In this document: in pieces, positions 17,815-24,968 of the stretch
How the letters are laid out: each line of letters opens with the position of its first letter
Position numbering within the stretch: the stretch's first letter is position 1
IMG/VR virus record: IMGVR_UViG_3300025128_000003
Span: 1 to 56,002 of that record
Length of the DNA: 56,002 bases
From: a virus
Taxonomy: Duplodnaviria > Caudoviricetes
Direction: 5' to 3' (one strand)
Made by a program: the position numbers and the translations under genes
The notes under the pieces: model-generated
What the model was told of the DNA's origin: nothing
Databases searched by the model: none
The model's input: the letters and a program-made list of their open reading frames with translations, nothing else

Positions 17815-18012
17815 ATGGCAAAGCGTACTGAAAAAATTACCCAATCCTTTTCTGGCACCCGCTGGATGAAATTGCGGGACGGCTGGGAAGCCTTCCAAAA
17901 GGCAAAGGAGGACGGCAAGCCAATCCGTATCCTCCACCCTTCGGGTAGCTTTAAGGTAATCCACAATGCTTCGGCATTGCCGGAAGGTGTGGAGGCTAGG
18001 CATAAAGCCTAG
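17815..18012 (+). CDS. Hypothetical early protein
   Basis: AGGAG RBS; 65 aa. Confidence 0.7.
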   Translation: MAKRTEKITQSFSGTRWMKLRDGWEAFQKAKEDGKPIRILHPSGSFKVIHNASALPEGVEARHKA

Positions 18013-18130
18013 TCTCTGCAGGGCGAGGGATTGTCCCGGTTAAGCCAGTAACGCCCTAAAAATTAAGACGCTGGTAGGTGTGGTGAGCCTTCACTAGAAA
18101 TCACCATTAACTTTGCAAAGGAGATAGCCG

Positions 18131-18358
18131 ATGGCTAAAAAGACAGTAAAGACTTCGATCCGGGTAAACCCGAAAGGGAACTACAACTACGGCTTCCATC
18201 GCCTGAATAGTGGATATCGCTTAGATATCCCCTATGCTTCGGTGTCAGTCTTCGATGGTGGTAGCAATGCTACTGTGCGCCGTCCTACTAGTGGCCTACG
18301 GTTCATTTATGAGAATAACCGGAAGGGCAAGGTCAGAGTTGCCCATAACGTCGGCTAA
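18131..18358 (+). CDS. Hypothetical basic early protein
   Basis: AAGGAG RBS; stop is the first TAA of element 6. Confidence 0.7.
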   Translation: MAKKTVKTSIRVNPKGNYNYGFHRLNSGYRLDIPYASVSVFDGGSNATVRRPTSGLRFIYENNRKGKVRVAHNVG

Positions 18359-18407
18359 TTAAATATCTGCTAGGTAAGTTCTTACGAACCTAGCAGATGA
18401 TTAATTA
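18356..18407 (+). repeat. Bulged hairpin element 6
   Basis: TAATTAA-AT-ATCTGCTAG-GTAA-GTTC-TTAC-GAAC-CTAGCAGAT-GA-TTAATTA. Confidence 0.9.
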
Positions 18408-18422
18408 TCTGAGGAGAAAGGC

Positions 18423-18671
18423 ATGGATCGCAATAACATACGACTTACCTATAAAGGCTATGAAATATCCATAGCCCAACATAGAGAGGGAGATAAAGTT
18501 GTCCTTTCTGAGATAGCTCTGAAAGAGGATGGTGAATGGAAAACAGCTTTACAAGCTGGAGGTGCTATTGTAAATTTAGACTTTGGCAAAACGCTAGACG
18601 GTTTTGCTGGAGTACTCGGCTGTGTCATCTACTATATTGATGAAATCAAAGGGGAAGATTATGCTGGTTAA
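18423..18671 (+). CDS. Hypothetical early protein
   Basis: GAGGAG RBS; 82 aa. Confidence 0.7.
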   Translation: MDRNNIRLTYKGYEISIAQHREGDKVVLSEIALKEDGEWKTALQAGGAIVNLDFGKTLDGFAGVLGCVIYYIDEIKGEDYAG

Positions 18672-19284
18672 AGATGCGAAGACCTTCGGTGTTATCAGCA
18701 CCAAAAATACAAAGATGGGTAGCACCACCTTTGCGATTGATGCCTTTGCTTGCAAAGTTGGTGATAAACTTGCAAAGATCGAAGGAACACCATGCTTCTC
18801 TTGCTATGCAAGAAAGATTCAGAAGCTACGACCTTCGGTCGATCAAGGCTGGAAAACTAACCTTGCCAAGTGGGAACAATCTGATCCGAAGGATTGGATT
18901 AAAGCTATGGCTTTTCAGATCGAACGATACTGCTTCGATGGCTTTCACCGCTGGTTCGATAGCGGAGACTTACAGTCTGTTGAAATGCTGGATGCTATCT
19001 GTCAGGTAGCTAAAGCTACACCACAGATTAAACACTGGCTCCCAACACAGGAAAGGGGTATTGTAAAACAATACAGCAAACCAATTCCCGATAATTTAAT
19101 CATTAGAGTGTCGGCATCGATGATTAATGGTGACAAGCCTAGCTTTGACCATGCATCACAAGTCTTTTACAAAGTCGATCCGAAAGGCTTTGAATGTGGA
19201 GCAAGCAAGCGAGGCAATGCTTGTGGACCTTGCAAGGCTTGCTGGGATAAGTCGATAGACTTTATCAGCTATCCCAAACACTAA
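18661..19284 (+). CDS. Gp88-like Cys-rich (radical-SAM-like) protein
   Basis: Likely start MLVKDAK at 18661; C..G..L...GTPC.SCYA, RWFDSGD, HWLPT, C-terminal C......CGPCKACW..H. Confidence 0.7.
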   Translation: MLVKDAKTFGVISTKNTKMGSTTFAIDAFACKVGDKLAKIEGTPCFSCYARKIQKLRPSVDQGWKTNLAKWEQSDPKDWIKAMAFQIERYCFDGFHRWFDSGDLQSVEMLDAICQVAKATPQIKHWLPTQERGIVKQYSKPIPDNLIIRVSASMINGDKPSFDHASQVFYKVDPKGFECGASKRGNACGPCKACWDKSIDFISYPKH

Positions 19285-19333
19285 TTAATATCTATCTACT
19301 TAGCTTCTATAGAAGCAGATAGATAGTTAATTA
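19282..19333 (+). repeat. Bulged hairpin element 7 (ACTTA-bulge class)
   Basis: TAATTAA-TATCTATCT-ACTTA-GCTTC-TATA-GAAGC-AGATAGATA-G-TTAATTA. Confidence 0.85.
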
Positions 19334-19346
19334 ACTGGAGGTTATC

Positions 19347-19565
19347 ATGGATAAATTTCGTACTGCACTTCTCGATCTTACAGTCTCCGAAGGTGGGACT
19401 GTTTACATGGAGGAGAGTAATGACTCAGCCATTATTCTTTCTCCCTCCCAAATTCCTACAGTAATGCTGGCACTAAGCCAAGCATTAGTAAATAAGAAAG
19501 AGCAAGAGATGGCTGAAGGTCGGGAAGCGTTGCTTCAGAATTTAGTTTCTGAAGTTAGAGATTAA
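19347..19565 (+). CDS. Hypothetical protein (paralogue of 20797..20961)
   Basis: GGAGG RBS; GTVY...I.LS...IP.VM..L motif. Confidence 0.7.
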   Translation: MDKFRTALLDLTVSEGGTVYMEESNDSAIILSPSQIPTVMLALSQALVNKKEQEMAEGREALLQNLVSEVRD

Positions 19566-19584
19566 CTTTATTTGCTACGGGGTG

Positions 19585-19614
19585 TTGCCTAACGGCAGCA
19601 TCCTGTAGTATAAT
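19585..19614 (+). promoter_or_regulatory. Possible sigma70 promoter overlapping a GU-containing hairpin
   Basis: TTGCCT-N18-TATAAT; hairpin CTACGGGGTGTTGCC-TAAC-GGCAGCATCCTGTAG. Confidence 0.45.
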
Positions 19615-19659
19615 AATGTCTCTATCATACATAAATAATTTTGACATGCCATTTTGTCA

Positions 19660-19815
19660 ATGGCTAGAAGGTGAGCGACATCTTTGATCGAAGCAAAGTG
19701 ACATTTGCAAAACAACGTCAGACGCAAGTGCGAAGCAAATCTTGTCGGCTACGGGAGCCGTTAGGGGCTATTTGTGAAGGTTATGCTGCGTAGCAAGTAG
19801 CACCATCCGCACTCT
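19660..19815 (+). ncRNA. Candidate structured RNA / leader
   Basis: GC-richer stretch with no plausible + strand ORF and several stems (CGACA/TGTCG, CTTTG/CAAAG, TGAC/GTCA, CGGCT/AGCCG, TGCTGC/GTAGCA). Confidence 0.4.
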
Positions 19816-19832
19816 AACAATGGAGAAAGGCT

Positions 19833-19973
19833 ATGAAAAAAATAAAACAAAGAAGGATTGAGGCGCATGCCTTGAGCTTGCCACAGTTCAAGCGGCAGGT
19901 TGTTAAGTCTAAGAAGACTTACATTCGGAAACCTAAACACAAACAATCTGGAGGTAATTACTGTTATATATAG
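19833..19973 (+). CDS. 46-aa ArfA-like (alternative ribosome-rescue factor-like) basic peptide
   Basis: Manual translation MKKIKQRRIEAHALSLPQFKRQVVKSKKTYIRKPKHKQSGGNYCYI; resembles the ArfA pattern IEA.L..P.F...V.K.KK...Y.RK.KH but lacks GKGS; GGAG RBS. Confidence 0.55.
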   Translation: MKKIKQRRIEAHALSLPQFKRQVVKSKKTYIRKPKHKQSGGNYCYI

Positions 19974-20007
19974 TGGAGTTCTTACGAACTATATATAGCA
20001 GTAATTA
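19955..20007 (+). repeat. Bulged hairpin element 8
   Basis: TAATTACTGTTATATATA-GTGGA-GTTC-TTAC-GAAC-TATATATAGCAGTAATTA. Confidence 0.9.
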
Positions 20008-20021
20008 TCTGGAGAAAGGCA

Positions 20022-20231
20022 ATGGAGTACGAAGTAACAGTATACCGGACAATGGTACAAAAAGTAACTATTGTAAAAGATAGTCCCATCCCGTTGTCTA
20101 ATGAAATAGCAATAATTTTAAAAGAGGAGGCCGAAGACGAAGCTGCTGAGATGTATGACTACGAATGGACAGATGTATCATCTGACATAGAATATACTTG
20201 GACTGGAGTCGAACGAAAGAAGCAGCTATGA
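20022..20231 (+). CDS. Hypothetical acidic protein
   Basis: GGAG RBS; 69 aa. Confidence 0.7.
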   Translation: MEYEVTVYRTMVQKVTIVKDSPIPLSNEIAIILKEEAEDEAAEMYDYEWTDVSSDIEYTWTGVERKKQL

Positions 20232-20473
20232 AAAAGATTATTCATGTGAACCAACACATCATTCGAGATAATCGCAAGAATGATACAAGAAAGCCGCCAC
20301 TAACTTGCAAGACAAGCAAAGATAATATCTATGCTAAAGATATTATTATTGATGGGCCATGTAGGATAGTTTATAATCCTGATAAACCTTTGTCTTGTGG
20401 TGCCCATGTTTGGATTGAAACAGAGAGTGAGATTACTGTAGTGGGCAAAGCCCAGAAATGGAGTGATTTATGA
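20228..20473 (+). CDS. Conserved phage protein
   Basis: Likely start MKKIIHVNQH (ATGA overlap); KPLSCGA.VWIET motif. Confidence 0.75.
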   Translation: MKKIIHVNQHIIRDNRKNDTRKPPLTCKTSKDNIYAKDIIIDGPCRIVYNPDKPLSCGAHVWIETESEITVVGKAQKWSDL

Positions 20474-20619
20474 GCCACAAGGCTAACGATATCCTTCGGG
20501 AAAATCTTTTTGAAGAAGTTCTGAATGAACTTCTTGAAAAGCATCCGCATGCCTATCTTCCTTGGATTGAAGAGGTTGCGGAGAGGGTTACACTCAAACG
20601 ACTAGAGGAAATGGAATGA
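20470..20619 (+). CDS. 49-aa hypothetical protein
   Basis: Manual translation MSHKANDILRENLFEEV...; ATGA overlaps on both sides. Confidence 0.65.
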   Translation: MSHKANDILRENLFEEVLNELLEKHPHAYLPWIEEVAERVTLKRLEEME

Positions 20620-20804
20620 TTGATGACATCCAAGGACAAGTATATCATAAGCTTGAAGAAGTTTTGATTAATACAATCAAGACTTGGGGACTTAGCGACC
20701 GAGATAGTAAGGCACATGCAGAATTAATTCTTGACTTTGGACATACCGGAGTGCATGATCTTGCTATGGAAGTAAACGAAATTTTGGAGAACGAGTATGC
20801 TTAA
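20616..20804 (+). CDS. Hypothetical protein
   Basis: ATGA coupling; 62 aa. Confidence 0.65.
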   Translation: MIDDIQGQVYHKLEEVLINTIKTWGLSDRDSKAHAELILDFGHTGVHDLAMEVNEILENEYA

Positions 20805-20961
20805 AGCTGAAGTTACTGATACCGGAACTGGAACAGTCTACCTTCGGGATGGTGAAAACTTTATTGTTGTTAGTGCTTGTGAAATACCAAGCCTTATGGC
20901 AGAACTTGCAAAGGGACTTGAAGAATTTCGATCTAACATAGAATGGGAGTGGAAAATATGA
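20797..20961 (+). CDS. 54-aa hypothetical protein (paralogue of 19347..19565)
   Basis: Manual translation MLKAEVTDTGTGTVYLRDGENFIVVSACEIPSLMAELAKGL...; GGAG RBS. Confidence 0.65.
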   Translation: MLKAEVTDTGTGTVYLRDGENFIVVSACEIPSLMAELAKGLEEFRSNIEWEWKI

Positions 20962-21116
20962 TTGCCAATCAACCATACAATAGGTATTCTCAGATCGACT
21001 CTGAGACTGCTGCTTACATTTGCCTTGTCGCTAACGTCGAAGACGTAAGAGACATCTCACTGATGGATATAAATACTTTTATGACTGACATGGAAGATTG
21101 GTACAAAGATGTATAA
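20958..21116 (+). CDS. 52-aa hypothetical protein
   Basis: Manual translation MIANQPYNRYSQIDSETAAYIC...; ATGA overlap. Confidence 0.6.
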   Translation: MIANQPYNRYSQIDSETAAYICLVANVEDVRDISLMDINTFMTDMEDWYKDV

Positions 21117-21198
21117 AAATCTGTTTATTGTTATAGCGTTATCCTTCTGCATGGTACTACTTACTATGTATACTCAATCACTACTGGGGTTAGACTAA
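21109..21198 (+). CDS. 29-aa hydrophobic peptide
   Basis: MYKNLFIVIALSFCMVLLTMYTQSLLGLD; TAATG coupling to the next gene. Confidence 0.5.
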   Translation: MYKNLFIVIALSFCMVLLTMYTQSLLGLD

Positions 21199-21380
21199 TG
21201 GAAAGTTACTGCGAAGTTTACGACTTCACTTCAATACGTTCTGCTGTGCTTGAAGCAAAAGGAACTTGGACTATGGAAGATCAAGTGCGAGTAGATATGT
21301 TGGAGGAGGGATTGAACCCACATTCTGTATCAGATGTGAACCTGTATTGGATCGACATACTTAAAAACTATGGAGGATAA
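21198..21380 (+). CDS. Hypothetical protein
   Basis: 60-aa ORF in coupled series. Confidence 0.65.
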   Translation: MESYCEVYDFTSIRSAVLEAKGTWTMEDQVRVDMLEEGLNPHSVSDVNLYWIDILKNYGG

Positions 21381-21585
21381 TTCTATGAAAATAGAATATC
21401 GCCGTCGCAGTGACGGCATGGTAAACAAGTGGAAGCAGGTTATGGCTTCCTCTCTCGACAATGATCTCTATGAAGAGATCATGGAAAGTGGGAATAAGTT
21501 CCTTGATCGCCCGGTGTGGGTGGTCGAGGATGTTCTCACTGAGAACGAATACCAATACGGAGTAAAAAAGAAAAAGAAAAAATGA
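21370..21585 (+). CDS. Hypothetical protein
   Basis: GGAGG upstream of internal MKIEY (probable true start 21385). Confidence 0.6.
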   Translation: MEDNSMKIEYRRRSDGMVNKWKQVMASSLDNDLYEEIMESGNKFLDRPVWVVEDVLTENEYQYGVKKKKKK

Positions 21586-21590
21586 AAGGC

Positions 21591-21619
21591 TTGACTTTTC
21601 TTTTTATATTAGTTATCTT
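21591..21619 (+). promoter_or_regulatory. Sigma70-type promoter
   Basis: TTGACT-N17-TATCTT in an intergenic gap. Confidence 0.6.
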
Positions 21620-21732
21620 GAATGGGTGCCTTCCACTGACAATCATGTCGGTGGGTGGCTCCATTTATGACAGGTATGAAAAGAAAAAAATAGAAGAAAG
21701 ATTAGAACAACTTGAAAAGGAAGAGAAAGAAA

Positions 21733-22602
21733 ATGCTAGACCAATTCTACAACACTGACCGAGAAGTATTTTTCAAGGTAGACGAAGAGCCTGTTGTTGG
21801 TAGCTGGACAAGAACACCCGCTAAAGGCAAACGAATGCTGCGAAAGCAGGACACCGGAGAATACCTTAGTATTGTGGGTGACGGCTATCGGACAGTGGAG
21901 AACGAAGAAGTTCTCATGCCTCTTCAAAAGGCTATGATTAATTACTTTGATCCCGCTGTGCTGGAGAGCGTAGAGATTAATGATACAATGGGCTATCGTA
22001 AAAGTGGGCTTATCACTTGGTCAGAGTATCGTTTTCCTGAACTTGCAAAAGCTATTGAAACATCCAGTGGTCATCGTACTAATCTGATGCTTCGATATAT
22101 TTTTAAGAATGGATACGATGGTAAGCATGGTATGACCTTGTATGCTGGAGAGATTGATGTATTCTGTACCAACGGAATGATCACTGGTAGTTATGATAAA
22201 TTTACTAAACGTCATACATCTAGCTTTGATTCAGATGACTTTGTATTAGCTTTTGAACAAAGCATGGCAAAGTATCATGAGATTGCCGACCAGTATCAGC
22301 GATGGGCAGATACAAAAGTTGATCCAGAAAAAGTTGCAGAAGTTTTAGAAAAGTTTACTGGCTCTGAAGAGTACAAGCCCAATCGTTTAGCAACGAAGTT
22401 GTGGTCACAGTTTATTGATGAACGAGAGGTAAGAGGCAGTAATGTCTTTGCTTTTGTTTCTGCACTTACGCATTATGCTAGTCATAATGATAACCGTTTC
22501 CCTGTTACTCGATCTGGTTCTTCTGATACCTTGTATAAGAGGCAGGAAAGAGTGCAGGGTTGGTTACGTTCTAAAGCTTTTAAAGAATTAGAAGCGGCGT
22601 AA
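21733..22602 (+). CDS. DUF932-like protein
   Basis: L.IVG.GY..V.N, N.YDG, FCTNGM motifs; likely start MLDQFY. Confidence 0.75.
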   Translation: MLDQFYNTDREVFFKVDEEPVVGSWTRTPAKGKRMLRKQDTGEYLSIVGDGYRTVENEEVLMPLQKAMINYFDPAVLESVEINDTMGYRKSGLITWSEYRFPELAKAIETSSGHRTNLMLRYIFKNGYDGKHGMTLYAGEIDVFCTNGMITGSYDKFTKRHTSSFDSDDFVLAFEQSMAKYHEIADQYQRWADTKVDPEKVAEVLEKFTGSEEYKPNRLATKLWSQFIDEREVRGSNVFAFVSALTHYASHNDNRFPVTRSGSSDTLYKRQERVQGWLRSKAFKELEAA

Positions 22603-22793
22603 TGAAACTATATACTACAGACGAGGACTTTGATATCTTGCATCAGGCAGTAGATAAAGCTCGTAAGAATGCAAAAGATATTAAAGTTCCTCGTCAATCT
22701 TTGTTGAATGTTCTAATGGATCATTCACATTTTATAACTGCATTAAAACAATATGGTGAAAGCGTTGAATACCCTAATGAAAAGGATAAATAA
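22602..22793 (+). CDS. Hypothetical protein
   Basis: TAATG coupling; 63 aa. Confidence 0.7.
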   Translation: MKLYTTDEDFDILHQAVDKARKNAKDIKVPRQSLLNVLMDHSHFITALKQYGESVEYPNEKDK

Positions 22794-22795
22794 CT

Positions 22796-23095
22796 ATGCT
22801 TGAAACTAAATTAGATTTAGGAAAAATAAATGCACAGATTGAAATTCATACGGATGGTTTATATATTGCTGTATATCTTAATACTAGTGATAGTATTAAA
22901 ACTATCTGTAAACTTTCTTTAGATGATTTAGTCCTAGATTATGTTAAAACTTCTACACATAATAATTTGATATCTGAAAAAGATTTTTCAGAATTATATA
23001 CAGAAATTAATTCAAGTCTTATGTTGCTTGAAGAATTAATTGGTGATGATTTCCCAGACTCAGGATTTACAGATGACTTTTCAACTACTCACTAA
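22796..23095 (+). CDS. Hypothetical acidic protein
   Basis: 99-aa ORF; AGGA RBS. Confidence 0.6.
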   Translation: MLETKLDLGKINAQIEIHTDGLYIAVYLNTSDSIKTICKLSLDDLVLDYVKTSTHNNLISEKDFSELYTEINSSLMLLEELIGDDFPDSGFTDDFSTTH

Positions 23096-23384
23096 TCTAA
23101 AGTTTTTAGTAAAAGAATTATCTAATCAAGAGATTAGACACATTGATCCTTTAAGAATGAGGATAACTTTACAAGGACTAATTAATGCAGAAGAGAAAAG
23201 AATGACTGAGTATAATACAGGATTTATTCCTGAAATATTATGTGATATCAATGACTTAATAGATTTAGCTAATGATATTATGGTAGATAAACATAGTAAA
23301 AACGAACAGTTATTTACATTAGCTTTATCTTTATCACTATTAAAAGAAAAAATATCAAAGGAATTTATTGGAGATGTTAAGTGA
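23040..23384 (+). CDS. Hypothetical protein (start uncertain)
   Basis: ORF in AT-rich block. Confidence 0.55.
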   Translation: MVMISQTQDLQMTFQLLTNLKFLVKELSNQEIRHIDPLRMRITLQGLINAEEKRMTEYNTGFIPEILCDINDLIDLANDIMVDKHSKNEQLFTLALSLSLLKEKISKEFIGDVK

Positions 23385-23544
23385 ATTAGAATTAGCTAAA
23401 ATAGAAATTAAAGAACTTAACAAACAACTTTATACACAATATAAAGATAATGTGGAGTTAAGAAAACAAATAGAATATTTAAAAGCTAAGTTAGAAAGTT
23501 GCGAAAATCTTTTAGAACAACTATCAGTAATTAAACTAAAGTAG
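23374..23544 (+). CDS. 56-aa coiled-coil protein
   Basis: Manual translation MLSELELAKIEIKELNKQLY... Confidence 0.55.
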   Translation: MLSELELAKIEIKELNKQLYTQYKDNVELRKQIEYLKAKLESCENLLEQLSVIKLK

Positions 23545-23622
23545 GTATACAATGATTATAGAACTAATGATAATTAAAGTAGTTATTATAGGTAGTTTTT
23601 ATTTAATAGGAGCAATAGCTTC

Positions 23623-24105
23623 ATGAGAATATTTATAATAGGATTTATTATTCTTGTGTTATTTAAATCTACTGTTGCTAAATCTGAAGATTTAGAATAT
23701 GATAAACAGTTAGACTGCATGGCAGAAGCATTATACTTTGAGGCAAGAGGTGAGTTATTCTCTGGAATGTTAGCAGTTGCTACAGTTATTATGAATAGAG
23801 TAGATCATCCTTCCTTCCCGTCAAACATTTGTGATGTTGTACATCAAGGAAAATATTGGAAAGGTAATCCTGTTAGAGATAAATGTCAGTTTAGTTATTA
23901 CTGCGATGGCAAACCAGAAAGTTTTTTAGATGAATATGCCCTGCGGGAATCTTATCAAGTAGCATCCTTTGCTATGGAAGGAGCTAGGCTACATCACCTT
24001 AATACAGCATTATATTATCATGCAGTTTACATTAACCCTAACTGGCCTTATAAAAAATTAATGGTTTTAGGTCAACACATATTTTATGGAGTAGAAGATG
24101 GCTAA
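23623..24105 (+). CDS. Cell wall hydrolase (SleB/Hydrolase_2 family)
   Basis: CMAEALYFEARGE, AVA.VIMNRV, FPSNIC.VV, CQFS.YCDG, HIFY; N-terminal signal/TM. Confidence 0.9.
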   Translation: MRIFIIGFIILVLFKSTVAKSEDLEYDKQLDCMAEALYFEARGELFSGMLAVATVIMNRVDHPSFPSNICDVVHQGKYWKGNPVRDKCQFSYYCDGKPESFLDEYALRESYQVASFAMEGARLHHLNTALYYHAVYINPNWPYKKLMVLGQHIFYGVEDG

Positions 24106-24301
24106 GAACTTATGGGACAGAGATAGAAAAAGTATTTACAAAGGACTTGTAAAAGAGTATCAACAAGAAGGGTATGATATTAAAGAGGCTAGGCGATTGG
24201 CTAGTCAGGAGACAGATGAGATCATGGCTGATAAAAAGTTTTTTGTAGATACACTCATTGAAGTAGAAGAGGAGGAAGCAGGTGAAGATCGAACTTATTA
24301 A
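24098..24301 (+). CDS. Hypothetical protein
   Basis: Y..EGY..KEARRLA..E motif. Confidence 0.65.
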   Translation: MAKNLWDRDRKSIYKGLVKEYQQEGYDIKEARRLASQETDEIMADKKFFVDTLIEVEEEEAGEDRTY

Positions 24302-24968
24302 TTCTATGGGTGACGATCTAACTGTAGTTAATGCAGCTAGAGTTTCTTTTGATAAAGAAAGTGAGTGGGAAAATATAACTCCCGCTGGGCCTATAGAACA
24401 TTTGCTTACAGAAAAAGATATAAAGTTAATAAAGTATCTTGCAAAGCATAATCACTTCACACCCTTTACTCATTGCACTATTACAATGAGAGAGACTGTA
24501 CCTATCTTTGTAGCCCGTCAAAGATTTAAACATACTATAGGCTTTAGTTATAATGAAGTCAGTCGGCGCTACGTTAATGACACTCCAAAGATTTATACAC
24601 CGGACGCATGGAGAGCTAAAGCAAATAATGCAAAGCAGGGTAGCAGTGAAGAGACAATTGATATAAACCCTGTGGGAGAAAGACCCCCACCTATGGTGGA
24701 CATCTATAAACTTTCTATAAAAAATTCTTTATGGACATACGAAGAGCTACTACGCAAAGGTGTCTGCCCAGAGCAAGCTAGGATGGTGTTACCACAATCT
24801 ATGTACACAAGTTATTATGTAACTGGCTCTTTATATGCATGGGCAAGAGCCTACAATTTAAGAAGTGATCCCCATGCACAAAAAGAAATCCAAGAGATAG
24901 CATCTCAATGGAATGAAATTTGTTTAACTTTATACCCAACTTCATGGAAGGCATTAACAAATGACTGA
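24282..24968 (+). CDS. thyX: Flavin-dependent thymidylate synthase ThyX
   Basis: VVNAARVSF, H.TPF.H, PIFVARQ..KH, NEVSRRYV, EQARMVLP, HAQ.EI. Confidence 0.93.
   Translation: MKIELINSMGDDLTVVNAARVSFDKESEWENITPAGPIEHLLTEKDIKLIKYLAKHNHFTPFTHCTITMRETVPIFVARQRFKHTIGFSYNEVSRRYVNDTPKIYTPDAWRAKANNAKQGSSEETIDINPVGERPPPMVDIYKLSIKNSLWTYEELLRKGVCPEQARMVLPQSMYTSYYVTGSLYAWARAYNLRSDPHAQKEIQEIASQWNEICLTLYPTSWKALTND

Noticed and set aside
17042-20007. CRISPR array interpretation of the repeated palindromes
   Set aside because: Repeats are not identical, the intervals are 150-900 nt and contain ORFs with RBSs, and there are no cas genes (the Cas4-like nuclease is a normal replication-module exonuclease)
17042-20007. 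Integron attC cassette array
   Set aside because: No consistent RYYYAAC/GTTRRRY core sites and no tyrosine recombinase in the genome; only the cassette-like layout is similar
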